Positions 41,284 through 53,362 are shown, numbered from the stretch's first letter. The stretch: 64,000 bases of DNA from Candidatus Eiseniibacteriota bacterium (GCA_963703225.1 OY969801.1:1-64000); one strand, 5' to 3'. The notes: generated by a model not told the origin, from the letters alone. A program made the numbers and translations.

Positions 41284-41703
41284 ATGAACAAGGTTCCGGT
41301 GATCATGCTCGGCGCGTGGGCTGTGTTCGCCTCCTCCTGGCTTCTTCCGACCTTCTTCTACCTAGGTTCTACGATTAGGGGCTGGGAGGCGTTTCTCGCG
41401 GCGCTGCATCCGGAGATGAGGCTCCACAACGTAGTGGCAAACGTTTCAGCGCTTACCAACGGCCTCATGCTTCTCTCAATAGCCATCTTTCTCAGACCAC
41501 GTTCAAGCCAGCGGGCACCGGGGTGGCTGGCTTGGGGCTTCGTGGTCGCCACGGCAATTGACCTGTCCTGGGCCTATTGGAGGGACGGCTACTCAATAGG
41601 TGCCCTACTCGTGGGCTATTGGTTGTGGGTCGCCTCATTCGGCCTGGGCGCAGTCGCACTGTTCAGAATGCGCTCGCGCCAAGCGTCGGCGGCATCGGTC
41701 TAG
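41284..41703 (+). CDS. Small multi-TM hypothetical protein
   Basis: About four hydrophobic segments; LLVGYWLWVASF; lies between parS1 and parS2. Confidence 0.7.
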   Translation: MNKVPVIMLGAWAVFASSWLLPTFFYLGSTIRGWEAFLAALHPEMRLHNVVANVSALTNGLMLLSIAIFLRPRSSQRAPGWLAWGFVVATAIDLSWAYWRDGYSIGALLVGYWLWVASFGLGAVALFRMRSRQASAASV

Positions 41704-41762
41704 CGCGCCACGGTCGATCGCACTCTTCATCGGGGCGAGTCCGCCCCGCGACCCTCGAGCCA

Positions 41763-41778
41763 TGTTCCACGTGGAACA
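41763..41778. promoter_or_regulatory. parS site 2
   Basis: TGTTCCACGTGGAACA. Confidence 0.93.
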
Positions 41779-41968
41779 TTACTTCAAGCGTATGTAAATA
41801 CGTGTCTTAGTGGTATGTACGTGCCGAACGGCACGGCTTGGTCAGTCGGATTTTGCCACCGCATCGCCGTCTCGGGCCTCCCTCCGACGGCCCGTTCCAC
41901 GCCCCCAATTTCTGCACGCTTCGCACAAATCAGCTTCAAACAGACGTATTTACAAATACATACAAAAA

Positions 41969-41984
41969 TGTTCCACGTGGAACA
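41969..41984. promoter_or_regulatory. parS site 3
   Basis: TGTTCCACGTGGAACA about 95 nt upstream of parA. Confidence 0.93.
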
Positions 41985-42078
41985 TTCTTGTAGTTGGACT
42001 TCGCAGAGGTTCATTCCGTAGACTGCCACTCCCCGACAGGGACGAAACCGGCGGATGCCGGAACACTCGGGGGCTCAA

Positions 42079-42832
<754 letters not shown>

Positions 42833-42840
<8 letters not shown>

Positions 42841-43741
42841 GAAGGCTCTCGGAAGAGGTCTGGAAGCACTGATTCCAAGCGGAGTTGATACCGAGGTTCC
42901 GCTCATCCCGGAGATCCGGCCACAGGAGGTCCGGCAGGGGGACATCCGGCATGTTCCGCTGACCAAGATCGTCCGCAACCCAGCCCAGCCGCGGACCCAG
43001 TTCGATCCGGCTACGATCAAGGAGCTGGCTGACTCGATTCGGGAGCGCGGTGTGCTCCAGCCCGTGCTCCTTCGCCCCTCCGGCGACGGCTATCAACTCG
43101 TGGCCGGAGAGCGCCGTTTCATCGCGACGCGCGAGGCTGGGTTCACATCAATCCCGGCCATCATCCGGCCGCTCACCGATCGCGAAGCGCTCCTGATCGC
43201 GATCATCGAGAACATCCAGCGGGAGAACCTAAATCCGATCGACGAGGCGCGCGCCTACTACCGGCTCGCGACCGAATACGGGCTCAAGCACGACGAGATT
43301 GGAACCAGGGTGGGAAAGGACCGATCCACTGTTTCTAACATAATTCGTTTCAATAACTTACCACAAGACGTGCAACGACTCATCGAGACCGACAAGCTCT
43401 CGTCGGGTCACGCGAAAGCACTCCTTGCGGTCGCGACGCCCAAGCTTCAGACCGACCTCGCGAACTCGGCGGCGGCGCATGGGTGGTCCGTTCGGGAGCT
43501 GGAGCAGCGGGTCCAGCGCGCGGGCACGCCTCATCCATCACGATCCAGAAAGACCCCCAAACGAGCCTTTTCGGCGGAGCTCATCGCGCTAGAAGACGAG
43601 CTGATGAGGATCATGGGCTCGCGGGTGCGGCTCACAAGACGGCGTGGCGGCTCGGGTTCGATCCTCATCGACTACCATTCCGAAGAGGAGCTGGACCGTC
43701 TCATCGGCCTCCTTCGGGAGATCGAAACGTCGGCACGTTGA
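42833..43741 (+). CDS. parB: Chromosome partitioning protein ParB
   Basis: ALGRGLEALI, GVLQP, VAGERR, ENIQRENLNPIDEA. Confidence 0.97.
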
Positions 43742-43746
43742 TTGCG

Positions 43747-43845
43747 TGTGGATAAGTAGGCATGTTCGGTGGAGAAGTTCGTAACGCGCTAGGGTTCAAG
43801 TGCTTGTACGGCCGCTTCCGATGCCGAAGCCATCGGTTATGCACA
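43747..43845. promoter_or_regulatory. DnaA boxes downstream of parB
   Basis: TGTGGATAA (perfect) at 43747-43755; TTATGCACA (1 mismatch) at 43837-43845; GGTGGAGAA (2 mismatches) at 43768-43776. Confidence 0.6.
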
Positions 43846-43921
43846 TGGGCCCGGCCGAGAGCATACCGGCGCGCAAATCCGTGACATCGATCACAGAACC
43901 ATCAACCCCGAGGAAAACGCC

Positions 43922-44938
43922 ATGACCCAACCCGCCACGCAGAGCGATGTGAGCCTTCTCGAAGAGTTTCAGAGCGCCCGCTCCCAGATCCTGACCGAGC
44001 TGCGCAAGGTGATCGTCGGACAGGACGCCGTCGTGGAGCAGCTGCTCACGGTCCTCTTCGCGAATGGGCACTGCCTGGTGGTCGGCGTTCCTGGGCTGGC
44101 GAAGACCCTCCTCGTTTCCACGCTCGCCAAGATCCTGGATCTGGAGTTCAGCCGCATTCAGTTCACGCCCGACCTCATGCCCTCGGACATCACCGGCACC
44201 GAGATCCTCGAGGACGACCCGGTCACGGGGAAGCGAGCGTTCAAGTTTCTCAAGGGACCGATCTTCGCGAACATGGTTCTGGCCGACGAGATCAACCGGA
44301 CGCCGCCGAAAACGCAGGCGGCACTCCTCCAATCGATGCAGGAGTATCGAGTCACCGCGGGAGGCACGACCTATCCGTTGGCGCTCCCGTTCTTCGTCCT
44401 CGCGACGCAGAACCCGATCGAGTTCGAGGGGACCTACCCGCTCCCGGAAGCGCAGCTCGATCGATTCATGTTCCACATCTCGGTCGGCTATCCCACCGAC
44501 CAGGAGGAAGAGAAGATCGTCGCGACCACGACCAGCGCGTACGAGGCGGAGCCGAAGCGCGTGATGGGCGTCGATCGGATCATCGAGATCCAAAGACTGG
44601 TGCGGCGAATTCCGGTCGCGGAGCACGTCGTGAAATACGCCGTGCGGCTCGCGCGCGCGTCACGGCCCTCGCCGCAGAGCGAACCGTTCGTCCGCGACTG
44701 GGTGAGCTGGGGCGCGGGCCCGCGCGCGGCGCAATACCTCGTGCTCGGCGCCAAAGCGCGCGCGGCGCTCTCGGGCCGGCCGACGCCGGGCGCGGACGAC
44801 GTCCGGGCGGTGGCGCCGGCGGTGCTGCGGCATCGGATCATCCCCAACTTCAACGCCGAGGCCGACGGGATCTCGAGCCTCGACATCATCGCGAAGCTCC
44901 TCGAGGCGACCCCGAGCGTCGACGGCAAGCACTCGTAG
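43922..44938 (+). CDS. MoxR family AAA+ ATPase
   Basis: GVPGLAKT, RIQFTPDLMPSDITG, LADEINR, ATQNPIE. Confidence 0.96.
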   Translation: MTQPATQSDVSLLEEFQSARSQILTELRKVIVGQDAVVEQLLTVLFANGHCLVVGVPGLAKTLLVSTLAKILDLEFSRIQFTPDLMPSDITGTEILEDDPVTGKRAFKFLKGPIFANMVLADEINRTPPKTQAALLQSMQEYRVTAGGTTYPLALPFFVLATQNPIEFEGTYPLPEAQLDRFMFHISVGYPTDQEEEKIVATTTSAYEAEPKRVMGVDRIIEIQRLVRRIPVAEHVVKYAVRLARASRPSPQSEPFVRDWVSWGAGPRAAQYLVLGAKARAALSGRPTPGADDVRAVAPAVLRHRIIPNFNAEADGISSLDIIAKLLEATPSVDGKHS

Positions 44939-44949
44939 GCGAAGTCGGC

Positions 44950-45846
44950 ATGAGCGAAGACCGTCCGCGCCTTCTCGACCCGCATTTCATCTCCAAGCTG
45001 ACGCGCCTCGATTTGAAGGCGCGCCTGGTGGTCGAGGGGTTTCTCACCGGGCTTCACCGGAGCCCCTACCACGGATTCAGCGTCGAATTCGCGGAGCATC
45101 GCCAGTACATGCCGGGCGATCCGCTGCGCCACCTCGACTGGAAGGTTCTCGCCAAGTCGGACCGCAAGTACATCAAGCAATATGAAGAGGAGACGAACCT
45201 CCGGGGGATGATCCTCGTCGACACCAGCGCCAGCATGGGCTACGGGTCCGCGGGGATCACCAAGCTCGACTACGCCCGGCAGCTCGCCGCCGCGCTCGCC
45301 TACCTCATGCTCCGGCAGAACGACGCCGTCGGGATGTTCGCGTTCGCCTCGGGGCAAGGGGAGCAGATTCCGCCGCGCTCCACGATGGGGCACGCGCGGC
45401 CGCTGCTCCTGCTTCTGGAGCGCCTGAAGGCGGGGGGCGGCACCGATTTCGTCTCCTCGCTCCATTCACTCGCCGAGCGGATGACCCGCCGCGGATTGGT
45501 CATCATCCTCTCCGATCTTCTGGACCAGCCGGAGCGGATCGAGCAGGCGATCCATCATTTCCGCCATCGAAAGCATGAGGTGCTCGTCTTTCACGTGCTC
45601 GACCCCCAAGAGGTCGCGTTCGATTTCGAGCGGGAGGCGGTCTACGTCGATCTGGAAACCGGGGAGCGCGTGACCACGCGGCCGCAGGAGCTTCGCCCCG
45701 ACTACCGCGCCCGCATCGGCGAATGGAAGGATCGGCTCCGCCAATACTGCGTCGAGAAACGCGCCGACTACGTTCCGCTGACCACCGACCAGCCCTACGA
45801 CCGCGCCCTCTTGGAATATCTCTCCAAGCGCGCGCGCCTGCTCTAG
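44950..45846 (+). CDS. DUF58 (vWA) protein
   Basis: GFSVEFAEHRQY.PGD, DWKV, DTSASM. Confidence 0.94.
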   Translation: MSEDRPRLLDPHFISKLTRLDLKARLVVEGFLTGLHRSPYHGFSVEFAEHRQYMPGDPLRHLDWKVLAKSDRKYIKQYEEETNLRGMILVDTSASMGYGSAGITKLDYARQLAAALAYLMLRQNDAVGMFAFASGQGEQIPPRSTMGHARPLLLLLERLKAGGGTDFVSSLHSLAERMTRRGLVIILSDLLDQPERIEQAIHHFRHRKHEVLVFHVLDPQEVAFDFEREAVYVDLETGERVTTRPQELRPDYRARIGEWKDRLRQYCVEKRADYVPLTTDQPYDRALLEYLSKRARLL

Positions 45847-45858
45847 GCCGGTCGCCGA

Positions 45859-48021
45859 ATGCCGATCTTCTCGTTCCTCAATCCGGCCTTCCTCTGGGCT
45901 CTCCCGGCCATCGCCATCCCGGTTCTCATCCACTTGCTCAGCCGGCGGCGGCTGCCCGAAGTGGCGTTTCCGACGACCCAATTTCTCCGGGAGCTGGAGC
46001 CGCGGGAGATCAGGCGCCTCAAGCTCCGCGAGATCCTGCTCTTGATCCTCCGCACGCTCGCGATCTTGCTCCTCGTGCTGGCCTTCGCGCGGCCGACATT
46101 GACCCCGCGCCACGCCGTGACGCACGCGGCAGCCGCCGTGGAGATCCTGATCGACGACTCGGAGAGCATGGGGGCCCTCGACGAACAGGCACGCCCGCGC
46201 ATGGACGCGGCCAAGGCGCGGGCCAAGGAAATCCTCGACGCCGCGCGTCCGGGCGATGAGATCGCGATCGCGACGTCCACCCAGCCCGACGCGAACGGCG
46301 CGCGGCATGCTACCGATCGTGTGCGCCTGACCCGCGCGCTGGAGCGGATCGAGGCGACGTCCCTCCCGGCGCGGATGGCGGAGGCGATCTCCGGCGTGAG
46401 ACGCTCGGTGGAGAGGAGCCGGCTCATGGCGCGGGAGATTTACGTGATCACCGACTTGCAGCGCGCGAATTTCGACCGCGCGGCGCGGGAGGAGATGGGG
46501 CTCGTCACCGCCGCCGGGATCCGCGTCTACGTGGTTCCCGTCGTCCAGAGTCGTGTGCCGAACCACGCACTTCAAGACGTGGACCCGGAGCTTCGCCCCG
46601 GCCCGGAGGGGCGGGGGTTGGAGCTGCGGGCGCGCTTCGCCAACCACGCGGACGCCGCCAGCGAGCGCGTGGCGGTCCGCGTGCGGCGCGGCGACGCGCT
46701 CATCGGGGGAGGGGACGTCACGCTCCGGGCCGATGAAGTTCGATGGCTCTCCATGCCGCTCGATTGGCGCGGCACGCCCGACTCCACCGCGGCCTCGCGT
46801 CCGGTGATCATCGAAGCCGATCAGGATGCCCTCCCGGCCGACGATCGGTGGTTCGCGGCGCTGGGCGCTCCGCGTCGTCTCCGCGTGCTACGGATCGCGG
46901 AGGCCCGAGACGGCTCGCCGCCACCCCGCTTCTCCGCGCTCGCGCTCGACCCGGGCGGCGACGGCACGGGTGGGTTCTCCGTCGATCCGGGAACTCCGGC
47001 GTCGCTCCTCTCGCTTACCGCGTCACGGGCCGACGTCGTGCTCCTGGAGGACGTAGCGTCACTTTCGGCGGACGCGGAGGCTCGGTTGCGGGCCTTCCTC
47101 CGCGATGGGGGAGGGCTGGTGGTGGCGCTCGGGCCGCACTCGGATCCGGACTATTACAGCGCGCATCTCTTCCCGGGGCTGATCGACCTGGCGCTGGATG
47201 GAGTGGAGCATGCCGCGGGGGGCGCGTCGTTCGAGCTCCGGGCGCGGATGCCGTCGCACGAGGTGCTGGAGGGGCTGTCGGTGGGCGTCGGCTCGCCGCT
47301 CACCCAGTCGCGGTTGACCGGGTTGATCCGCGGGCGGGCGACGTCCACGCGCACCGAGATCGTCGTCCAGACCTCGGGAGGGCTGCCGCTGGTCGCGGCC
47401 GCGCCCGGCGTGGGCGTATTTCTCAGCTCCTTCTCCGACGATTGGGGAGACCTGCCCTATTCGGGCGCGTTCGTGCCGCTCGTCCGCGGGCTGGTGGCGC
47501 ACGCCGCGCACGCGTCACGGTTGGCTGGGGCCGCGACTCTGCATGTCGGCGAGCGGCCGATCGCGCGGCTCAGCGCGGCGCCCGGGTCCGCGGTGCTCGT
47601 CCGGGGACCGGATGGGTACGCGTCCCAGGCCGTGGTGGAGTCGGAGGGGACCGCGTATCGCGGTGTGGCGGACGCGCCGGCGCTTCGACCTGGCTTCTAC
47701 ACGTATGAGGCGGGTGGCAAGACGCTCGCGACCGTGGCGGTCAACGTCGACCCGGTGGAGAGCGACCTGGCCCTGATCGAAGCCGACTCGCTCCGTGCGG
47801 GGCGCGCCGGCGCAAGCGGGCACGCCGCAAGCGGGGACGCCGCAAGCGCCAGCGCCAGCCCTGGCGCCGCCGTGACGATGCTCAAGAGCGCGAACGCGCT
47901 CGACTCGCATCTCAGGGAGACCCGGCGCGGGCGGGAGCTTTGGATGGGATTCTTGCTCGTGGCCGCCATCGCTCTCGCCGGAGAGCTCGCGCTGAGCAGC
48001 GCGCGGATGATCAAGCCTTGA
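45859..48021 (+). CDS. BatA domain / vWA membrane protein
   Basis: FLNP..LW...IPVLIHL, LLLILRTL...LAFARP, IDDSESM, AVNVDPVESDL, C-terminal TM. Confidence 0.88.
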   Translation: MPIFSFLNPAFLWALPAIAIPVLIHLLSRRRLPEVAFPTTQFLRELEPREIRRLKLREILLLILRTLAILLLVLAFARPTLTPRHAVTHAAAAVEILIDDSESMGALDEQARPRMDAAKARAKEILDAARPGDEIAIATSTQPDANGARHATDRVRLTRALERIEATSLPARMAEAISGVRRSVERSRLMAREIYVITDLQRANFDRAAREEMGLVTAAGIRVYVVPVVQSRVPNHALQDVDPELRPGPEGRGLELRARFANHADAASERVAVRVRRGDALIGGGDVTLRADEVRWLSMPLDWRGTPDSTAASRPVIIEADQDALPADDRWFAALGAPRRLRVLRIAEARDGSPPPRFSALALDPGGDGTGGFSVDPGTPASLLSLTASRADVVLLEDVASLSADAEARLRAFLRDGGGLVVALGPHSDPDYYSAHLFPGLIDLALDGVEHAAGGASFELRARMPSHEVLEGLSVGVGSPLTQSRLTGLIRGRATSTRTEIVVQTSGGLPLVAAAPGVGVFLSSFSDDWGDLPYSGAFVPLVRGLVAHAAHASRLAGAATLHVGERPIARLSAAPGSAVLVRGPDGYASQAVVESEGTAYRGVADAPALRPGFYTYEAGGKTLATVAVNVDPVESDLALIEADSLRAGRAGASGHAASGDAASASASPGAAVTMLKSANALDSHLRETRRGRELWMGFLLVAAIALAGELALSSARMIKP

Positions 48022-51000
48022 GTGGGCCCCGCTCGCTCGCCGAGCGGCTCCTCGACGCCGCGGAGAAACTCCCGGCCCTCGCGACGCTCCGCGAGCGCCT
48101 CGATAATGCGGAGCACCGTGCAGCGCGTCTGCGCGGCGCCTCCGGAAGCTCGGCCTCGCTCCTCTTGGCCGCGCTCACCCGCGTCACAGGGCGCCCGGCC
48201 GCCGTCGTCGCGCCCGACATCGAGCGGGCCGAAGCATGGCGAGACGACCTCACCTTTCTCCTCGGGGACGATCGCGTGGTCTACCTGCCCCCGCTCGACG
48301 TCGTCCCCTGGACCGCGCAGACCGCCACCGCGCCGGTCAGGGACGATCGTCTCCACGCGCTCCTCCGCCTGGGCGACGCCGACCCGCCGGTCGCGGTGAT
48401 TCCCGCGGCGTCGCTCCATCGCCTCATTCCGCCGCCGGCGAGCATTCGGTCGCGCGCCATACAAATCGCGCGCGGATGGGAGTCGGAGCCCGCGGCGCTG
48501 CTCCGCCGTCTCGTGATCGCGGGGTATCGCGCCGTGGCGGAGATCGGCGAGTCCGGGGAAGTGAGCCGCCGCGGCGGCATCGTCGACGTCTTCGGCCCCG
48601 GCATGGATCATCCGGTGCGGATCGAGTTCGACGGTGACACCGTCTCCTCGATCCGGACCTTCGACATCACGTCCCAGCGCTCGACCGGGATCGATCGATT
48701 CGATCCGGATCGCCCCCGCGCGCGAAGTGCTCCACGCCGAGGACCTAGAGAAGCGGCTCCATCCCTTCGACCGCGCATCCTTTCCCTCGGACCTCGACGG
48801 CCGCCGAATCCGCGACCTCGTCGCCGAGGGCATTTACTTCGACGGCATGGACTGGATCGCGCCGCTCTTGGGAGCGCCGCTCACCACGCTCCTGGATCAC
48901 CTCCCGCCCGATGCCGCGCTCTGGCTCGACGAGCCGGGCGCGATCGAGCGGGAGCTGGACGGGTTGGAGAGGGAAGCCGAACGCCTCGAGCCCGACGCCC
49001 GGGCCAAGCGCGGCGCATCTTCCGCCGCGAGAATCGCTCTTCGATCCGCCAGCCCGCGTGCTCGATCGCCTCAGCGCGCGGCCGCGCGTGGAAGCCACCG
49101 TGGGCGCGGCGACGACGACTGCCGAGGGCACGCTCCAGATCGAGGCCAAGCCGCAGCCCTCGTTCGGCCGAAAGCTCGATCTCCTCCGCGGCGAGCTTCG
49201 CCGGCTCACCACGCTCGGCTACGAGCGGATCATCGTCTGCGACAACCGAGGCCAGGCGGACCGACTCGAAGAGCTGCTCGGCGACGACCTCGCGTCGATC
49301 GAAGTGGGAGCGGTGGTCGCCGGCTTCGTCTTGCCCGCGGCCAAGCTGGCCGTCTTCACCGACCACGAGATCTTCGCCCGCTACCGCCGCCGCGGCGCCC
49401 GCCGTCCGCGCGCCTCCGCGGCCGCCATGCGCGACCTCCTGACGCTCAAGCCGGGCGACTACGTGGTCCACCTCGATCACGGGATCGGGGTCTATCGCGG
49501 ATTGAAGCGAATCGCGCTCGACGGGCAGGAGACCGAGTGCGTCCAGATCGACTACGCGTCCAACGACCGTCTCTTCGTCCCGATCCATCAGCTCGGCATG
49601 GTCCAGCGCTACTCCTCGGAGGAGGGGCGGACGCCGTCCATCTCGCGCCTCGGCGGCACGGCGTGGCAGCGGATGAAGGCCAAGACGCGCCGCGCCATCC
49701 AGGACATGACCGAGGAGCCTGCTCCGCCTCTACGCCACGCGGAAGGCGCGCTCGGGACACGCCTTCTCGCCCGACACGCCGTGGCAGCGGGAGCTGGAGT
49801 CGTCCTTCGTCTACGACGAGACGCCGGATCAGCTCCAGGCGGTCGAAGACGTGAAGCGCGACATGGAGTCGTCCCGACCCATGGATCGGCTCATTTGCGG
49901 CGACGTCGGCTACGGGAAGACGGAGGTGGCGATCCGCGCCGCGTTCAAGGCGATTCAGGACGGGAGGCAGGTGGGCGTGCTGGTCCCCACGACGGTGCTC
50001 GCGCAGCAGCACCTCGTCACATTCGGCGAGCGATTGGCCGACTTTCCGGTCCGGATCGAGATGCTGAGCCGCTTCCGCTCTCCCAAGGAGCAGAAGGAGA
50101 TCGTGGAGCGGCTCGGCCGCGGGGAAGTCGACCTGGTCATCGGCACCCACCGGATTCTCTCGAAGGACGTGAAGTTTCCCAAGCTCGGGCTGGTGGTGAT
50201 CGACGAGGAGCAGCGCTTTGGCGTGGCACAAAAGGAGAGGATCCGTTCGCTGGTCGAAACCGTCGACGTCCTCACCCTCACCGCGACGCCGATCCCCCGC
50301 ACGCTCCACATGAGCCTCGCGGGCGCGCGCGACATGTCGGTGATGACCACGCCGCCCCGAGGCCGGTACCCGATCAAGACCGAGATCGTGGAGATGAGCC
50401 AGGAGGTGGTACGGGACGCGCTCCTCCGCGAGGCCGACCGGGGCGGGCAGTCCTTCTTCGTCCACAACCGGGTCGAGTCGATCGATCGGATGGCGCACTA
50501 CCTCCGGTCGATCGTCCCGCAGCTTCGGTACGGCGTGGCGCACGGGCAGATGCGGGACACGGAGCTGGAGCGGGTGATGATCGACTTCCTCGAGCGGCGC
50601 ACCGACGTGCTCATCTCGACTTTGATCATCGAGTCGGGCCTCGACATCCCGACCGTGAACACGATGCTCGTGAACCGCGCCGACACGCTCGGGCTTGGCG
50701 CAGACCTACCAGCTCCGCGGCCGGATCGGCCGGTCCCATCACCAGGCCTTCTGCTACCTCCTCGTCCCGCCAGGCCGCGTGCTCACCGAGGAGGCCGAGC
50801 AGACGGCTCCGGGCGATCTCGGAGCACGAGGAGCTGGGGGCGGGTCTCATGATCGCGATGCGGGACCTCGAGATTCGCGGCGCGGGAAATCTTCTGGGCC
50901 CGGAACAGCACGGTTTCATGGCGAGCGTCGGCTTCGACCTCTATTGCCGGATGGTGGAGGAGGTGGTGCAGGAGCTGCAGGGGATGGCGGTGGCCCAGCG

Positions 51001-51469
51001 CCCGGAGCCCGAGATCGCGAGCGACCTCGCGGCGTTCGTGCCCGACGATTACATCTCAGACCGCGACGAGAAGCTGGACGTCTATCGCCGCATGGCGGGC
51101 CTCGCGGACCTGGAAGCGCTCGAGGCGCTCCGCGCGGAGCTGGGCGACCGCTTTGGCCCTCCCCCGAACGAGGTCGCGAACCTGCTCGAGCTGAAGCGGC
51201 TCCGCCTCTTGGGCCGCGACCAGGGCGTGGAGCGTCTCCGCGTCGGGCGGGACCGGGTGGAGGTACAGGTGGCCGAGGATTTGAGCCGCGAGCAGATCGT
51301 CCGGGTGGTGGGCGCCGTTCCCTCCAGGGTGGAGTTCACGGGGGCCGGCTCCCGCACGATCCGGGTCCAGCCCGCGCCCGACCCCTTAGCCTTGGCGACA
51401 AACCTCTTGCAGCACTTGGGCCCCTCTGATAGCGTCCCGCGTCTGCCTCTTTCCGCCGCCGGAAGTTGA
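48018..51469 (+). CDS. mfd: Transcription-repair coupling factor Mfd (five +1 frameshifts)
   Basis: [51 protein letters not shown] and [13 protein letters not shown] across successive frames. Confidence 0.93.
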
Positions 51470-51544
51470 ACTCCCGGATGACCTTCGGGGTACTTGGAAG
51501 GAGCGGAATGACGCCAGGAGACCCACCGGAAACCCACTCCATAT

Positions 51545-53362
51545 ATGAATGATCTGAAAAGCCTGGTCGCCCGCGCCCAGCGAGCCGCGGCCCCGGCCTT
51601 ACTCCTGCTCGCCCTGGCCGGGCCTGCGCCCTCGGCGGAACCGGCCGGCGCCGCGGCGACGAAGGCCGCGCCGGCTTCGACGAAGCCAACGCCCGCCCCT
51701 GCCGCTCCGGTTGTCGTGGCGACGGTGGGATCCCGGAAGGTCGACAGCGTCGATATTCAGCGCGCCGCCGTGGCCCTCACCTCCGATCCGCTCCACAAGA
51801 AGAACCCGACGGCCTGGCGGCGCATGCTCCTCGACCGCTCCGTCGATCGCGAGCTACTCGCGATGGAAGCCGAGCGGCGCGGGCTCGACAATGATCCGGA
51901 GCTCCGTAAGAGGATCGCCGAGCGCGAGTACTTGATCCTGCTCCGCGAGATGTATGCGAGGGCGTTAGTGCCCAGCCTGATCCCGACCCCCGAGCAACTC
52001 CGCGAGATCCGGGCCGGCGGGCTCTACCGCGGGGTTGACCTCTACTACATCCTGGTTCGCGATAACGCGAGCGGCGTGAATCGGGCTCTCGCCTTGCGCG
52101 TCCTCGCGCGCGCCCAGGCCGGGGCGCGATTCGACTCGCTGGCGAGAATCTACAGCGGCCATCCCCCCACGCAGGCCGCGGGCGGCCATTTTGGCTGGAT
52201 CCTCGCGCGGGATCTCGATCCCCAGTCCTACAACGACGTGCGAAAGGCCAAGGCGGGGGACGTGATCGGCATCTACACGGGCCCCTACGGCCACGAGATC
52301 TACAAGATCGGGGCGTTCCAGGAGCTGACCGAGGACTCGCTCTACAACTTGGTATTTTCCGAGCGAAGAAGGGGCATCGCCAGCGACTATGAAAAGTCGG
52401 TGCTCGCCAAGTACCACTTCGCGCTCGATTCGACGCAGGTGAAGCCTTTGATCTTCGCGACGGGCAGCGAAACGCCCGACTCGATCCTCGCGTCCCTCGG
52501 CCCCGACGGCACGAGAGCCGGGCATGGCGTGAGGCCCGCCATCGGGATCCTCGCGACCTGCGACGGCGACTCGATCACCTTCCCGGAGATGCTCCACGCG
52601 ACCCCGCCGGTTCTCGGGGCGACGGGCCGGATGCGGATTCACGACGCCGAGGAGGTGTACAACCTCTGCGCCCGCGTCGTGCTCCATTCCTTGACCGTGC
52701 GCGACGCCCAGGATCGGGGCTTCGCCAAGGATCCATTGCTGGCGCGCGAGCTGCGTCTCTCGCGCGACGAAATCGTGTCGTCGGCCCTGGTCGAGCAGAA
52801 CCTGCCGGCTAGGCCGGACGACGCGGCCCTCCACGCGATGATCGACGCGCATCCGGACCGCTTCCAGAGGCCAAAGTCGGCCGTCGCGCGCGTCGCGATG
52901 TTTCCCGATCCGGATGGCGCCGCCCAGGCGCTCGTCGATTGGACCGCGAGCGGCATGACCGACACGCTCCTCGCCGCGCGGCAACTGCGCCTTCAGCCTC
53001 GCGTGGCCGCGTCGGGGCTCCTCGCCGGCTGGTACGCGGACCTCACGTTCGCCGAAGGGGGGTCCGATTCGCTGAGCCGTGCCATTTCGGGCGTCGCGGT
53101 AGGGGGTTTCGCGCCGGTGACGAGAACCAAGCGAGGGTGGGCGGTCGCGCAGGTGCGGTCGGTGGAGCCTCCGGGCCCGCTTCCGTTCGACGAAGCGAAG
53201 CGGATCGCCCTCCGCGAGTGGCGGGATGAGGCGGAAAGCAAGTGGGTGGGGCAGGAGACGGCGCGCCTGCGAATCAACACCCCGGTCAAGGTGATCCCGG
53301 GGCGTCTGGAGTCCGTGAAGCTGACGCAGCCCACGTCGCCCGCAAGGAAGGCGGTCCGATGA
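51545..53362 (+). CDS. Exported parvulin-type peptidyl-prolyl isomerase
   Basis: Signal peptide; FDSLARIYS...GGHFGW, GPYGHEIYK, RTKRGWAV; located between mfd and a SurA-like gene. Confidence 0.75.
   Translation: MNDLKSLVARAQRAAAPALLLLALAGPAPSAEPAGAAATKAAPASTKPTPAPAAPVVVATVGSRKVDSVDIQRAAVALTSDPLHKKNPTAWRRMLLDRSVDRELLAMEAERRGLDNDPELRKRIAEREYLILLREMYARALVPSLIPTPEQLREIRAGGLYRGVDLYYILVRDNASGVNRALALRVLARAQAGARFDSLARIYSGHPPTQAAGGHFGWILARDLDPQSYNDVRKAKAGDVIGIYTGPYGHEIYKIGAFQELTEDSLYNLVFSERRRGIASDYEKSVLAKYHFALDSTQVKPLIFATGSETPDSILASLGPDGTRAGHGVRPAIGILATCDGDSITFPEMLHATPPVLGATGRMRIHDAEEVYNLCARVVLHSLTVRDAQDRGFAKDPLLARELRLSRDEIVSSALVEQNLPARPDDAALHAMIDAHPDRFQRPKSAVARVAMFPDPDGAAQALVDWTASGMTDTLLAARQLRLQPRVAASGLLAGWYADLTFAEGGSDSLSRAISGVAVGGFAPVTRTKRGWAVAQVRSVEPPGPLPFDEAKRIALREWRDEAESKWVGQETARLRINTPVKVIPGRLESVKLTQPTSPARKAVR

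Noticed and set aside
41039..41984. Three identical palindromes as a CRISPR array
   Set aside because: They are the 16-bp parS consensus, irregularly spaced (724 and 206 bp), with no cas genes.
48018..51469. mfd, yidC, holB and fdh as pseudogenes or programmed frameshifts
   Set aside because: Motifs are intact, joined frames have no stops, and no consistent slippery sites are visible. Sequencing error is more parsimonious.
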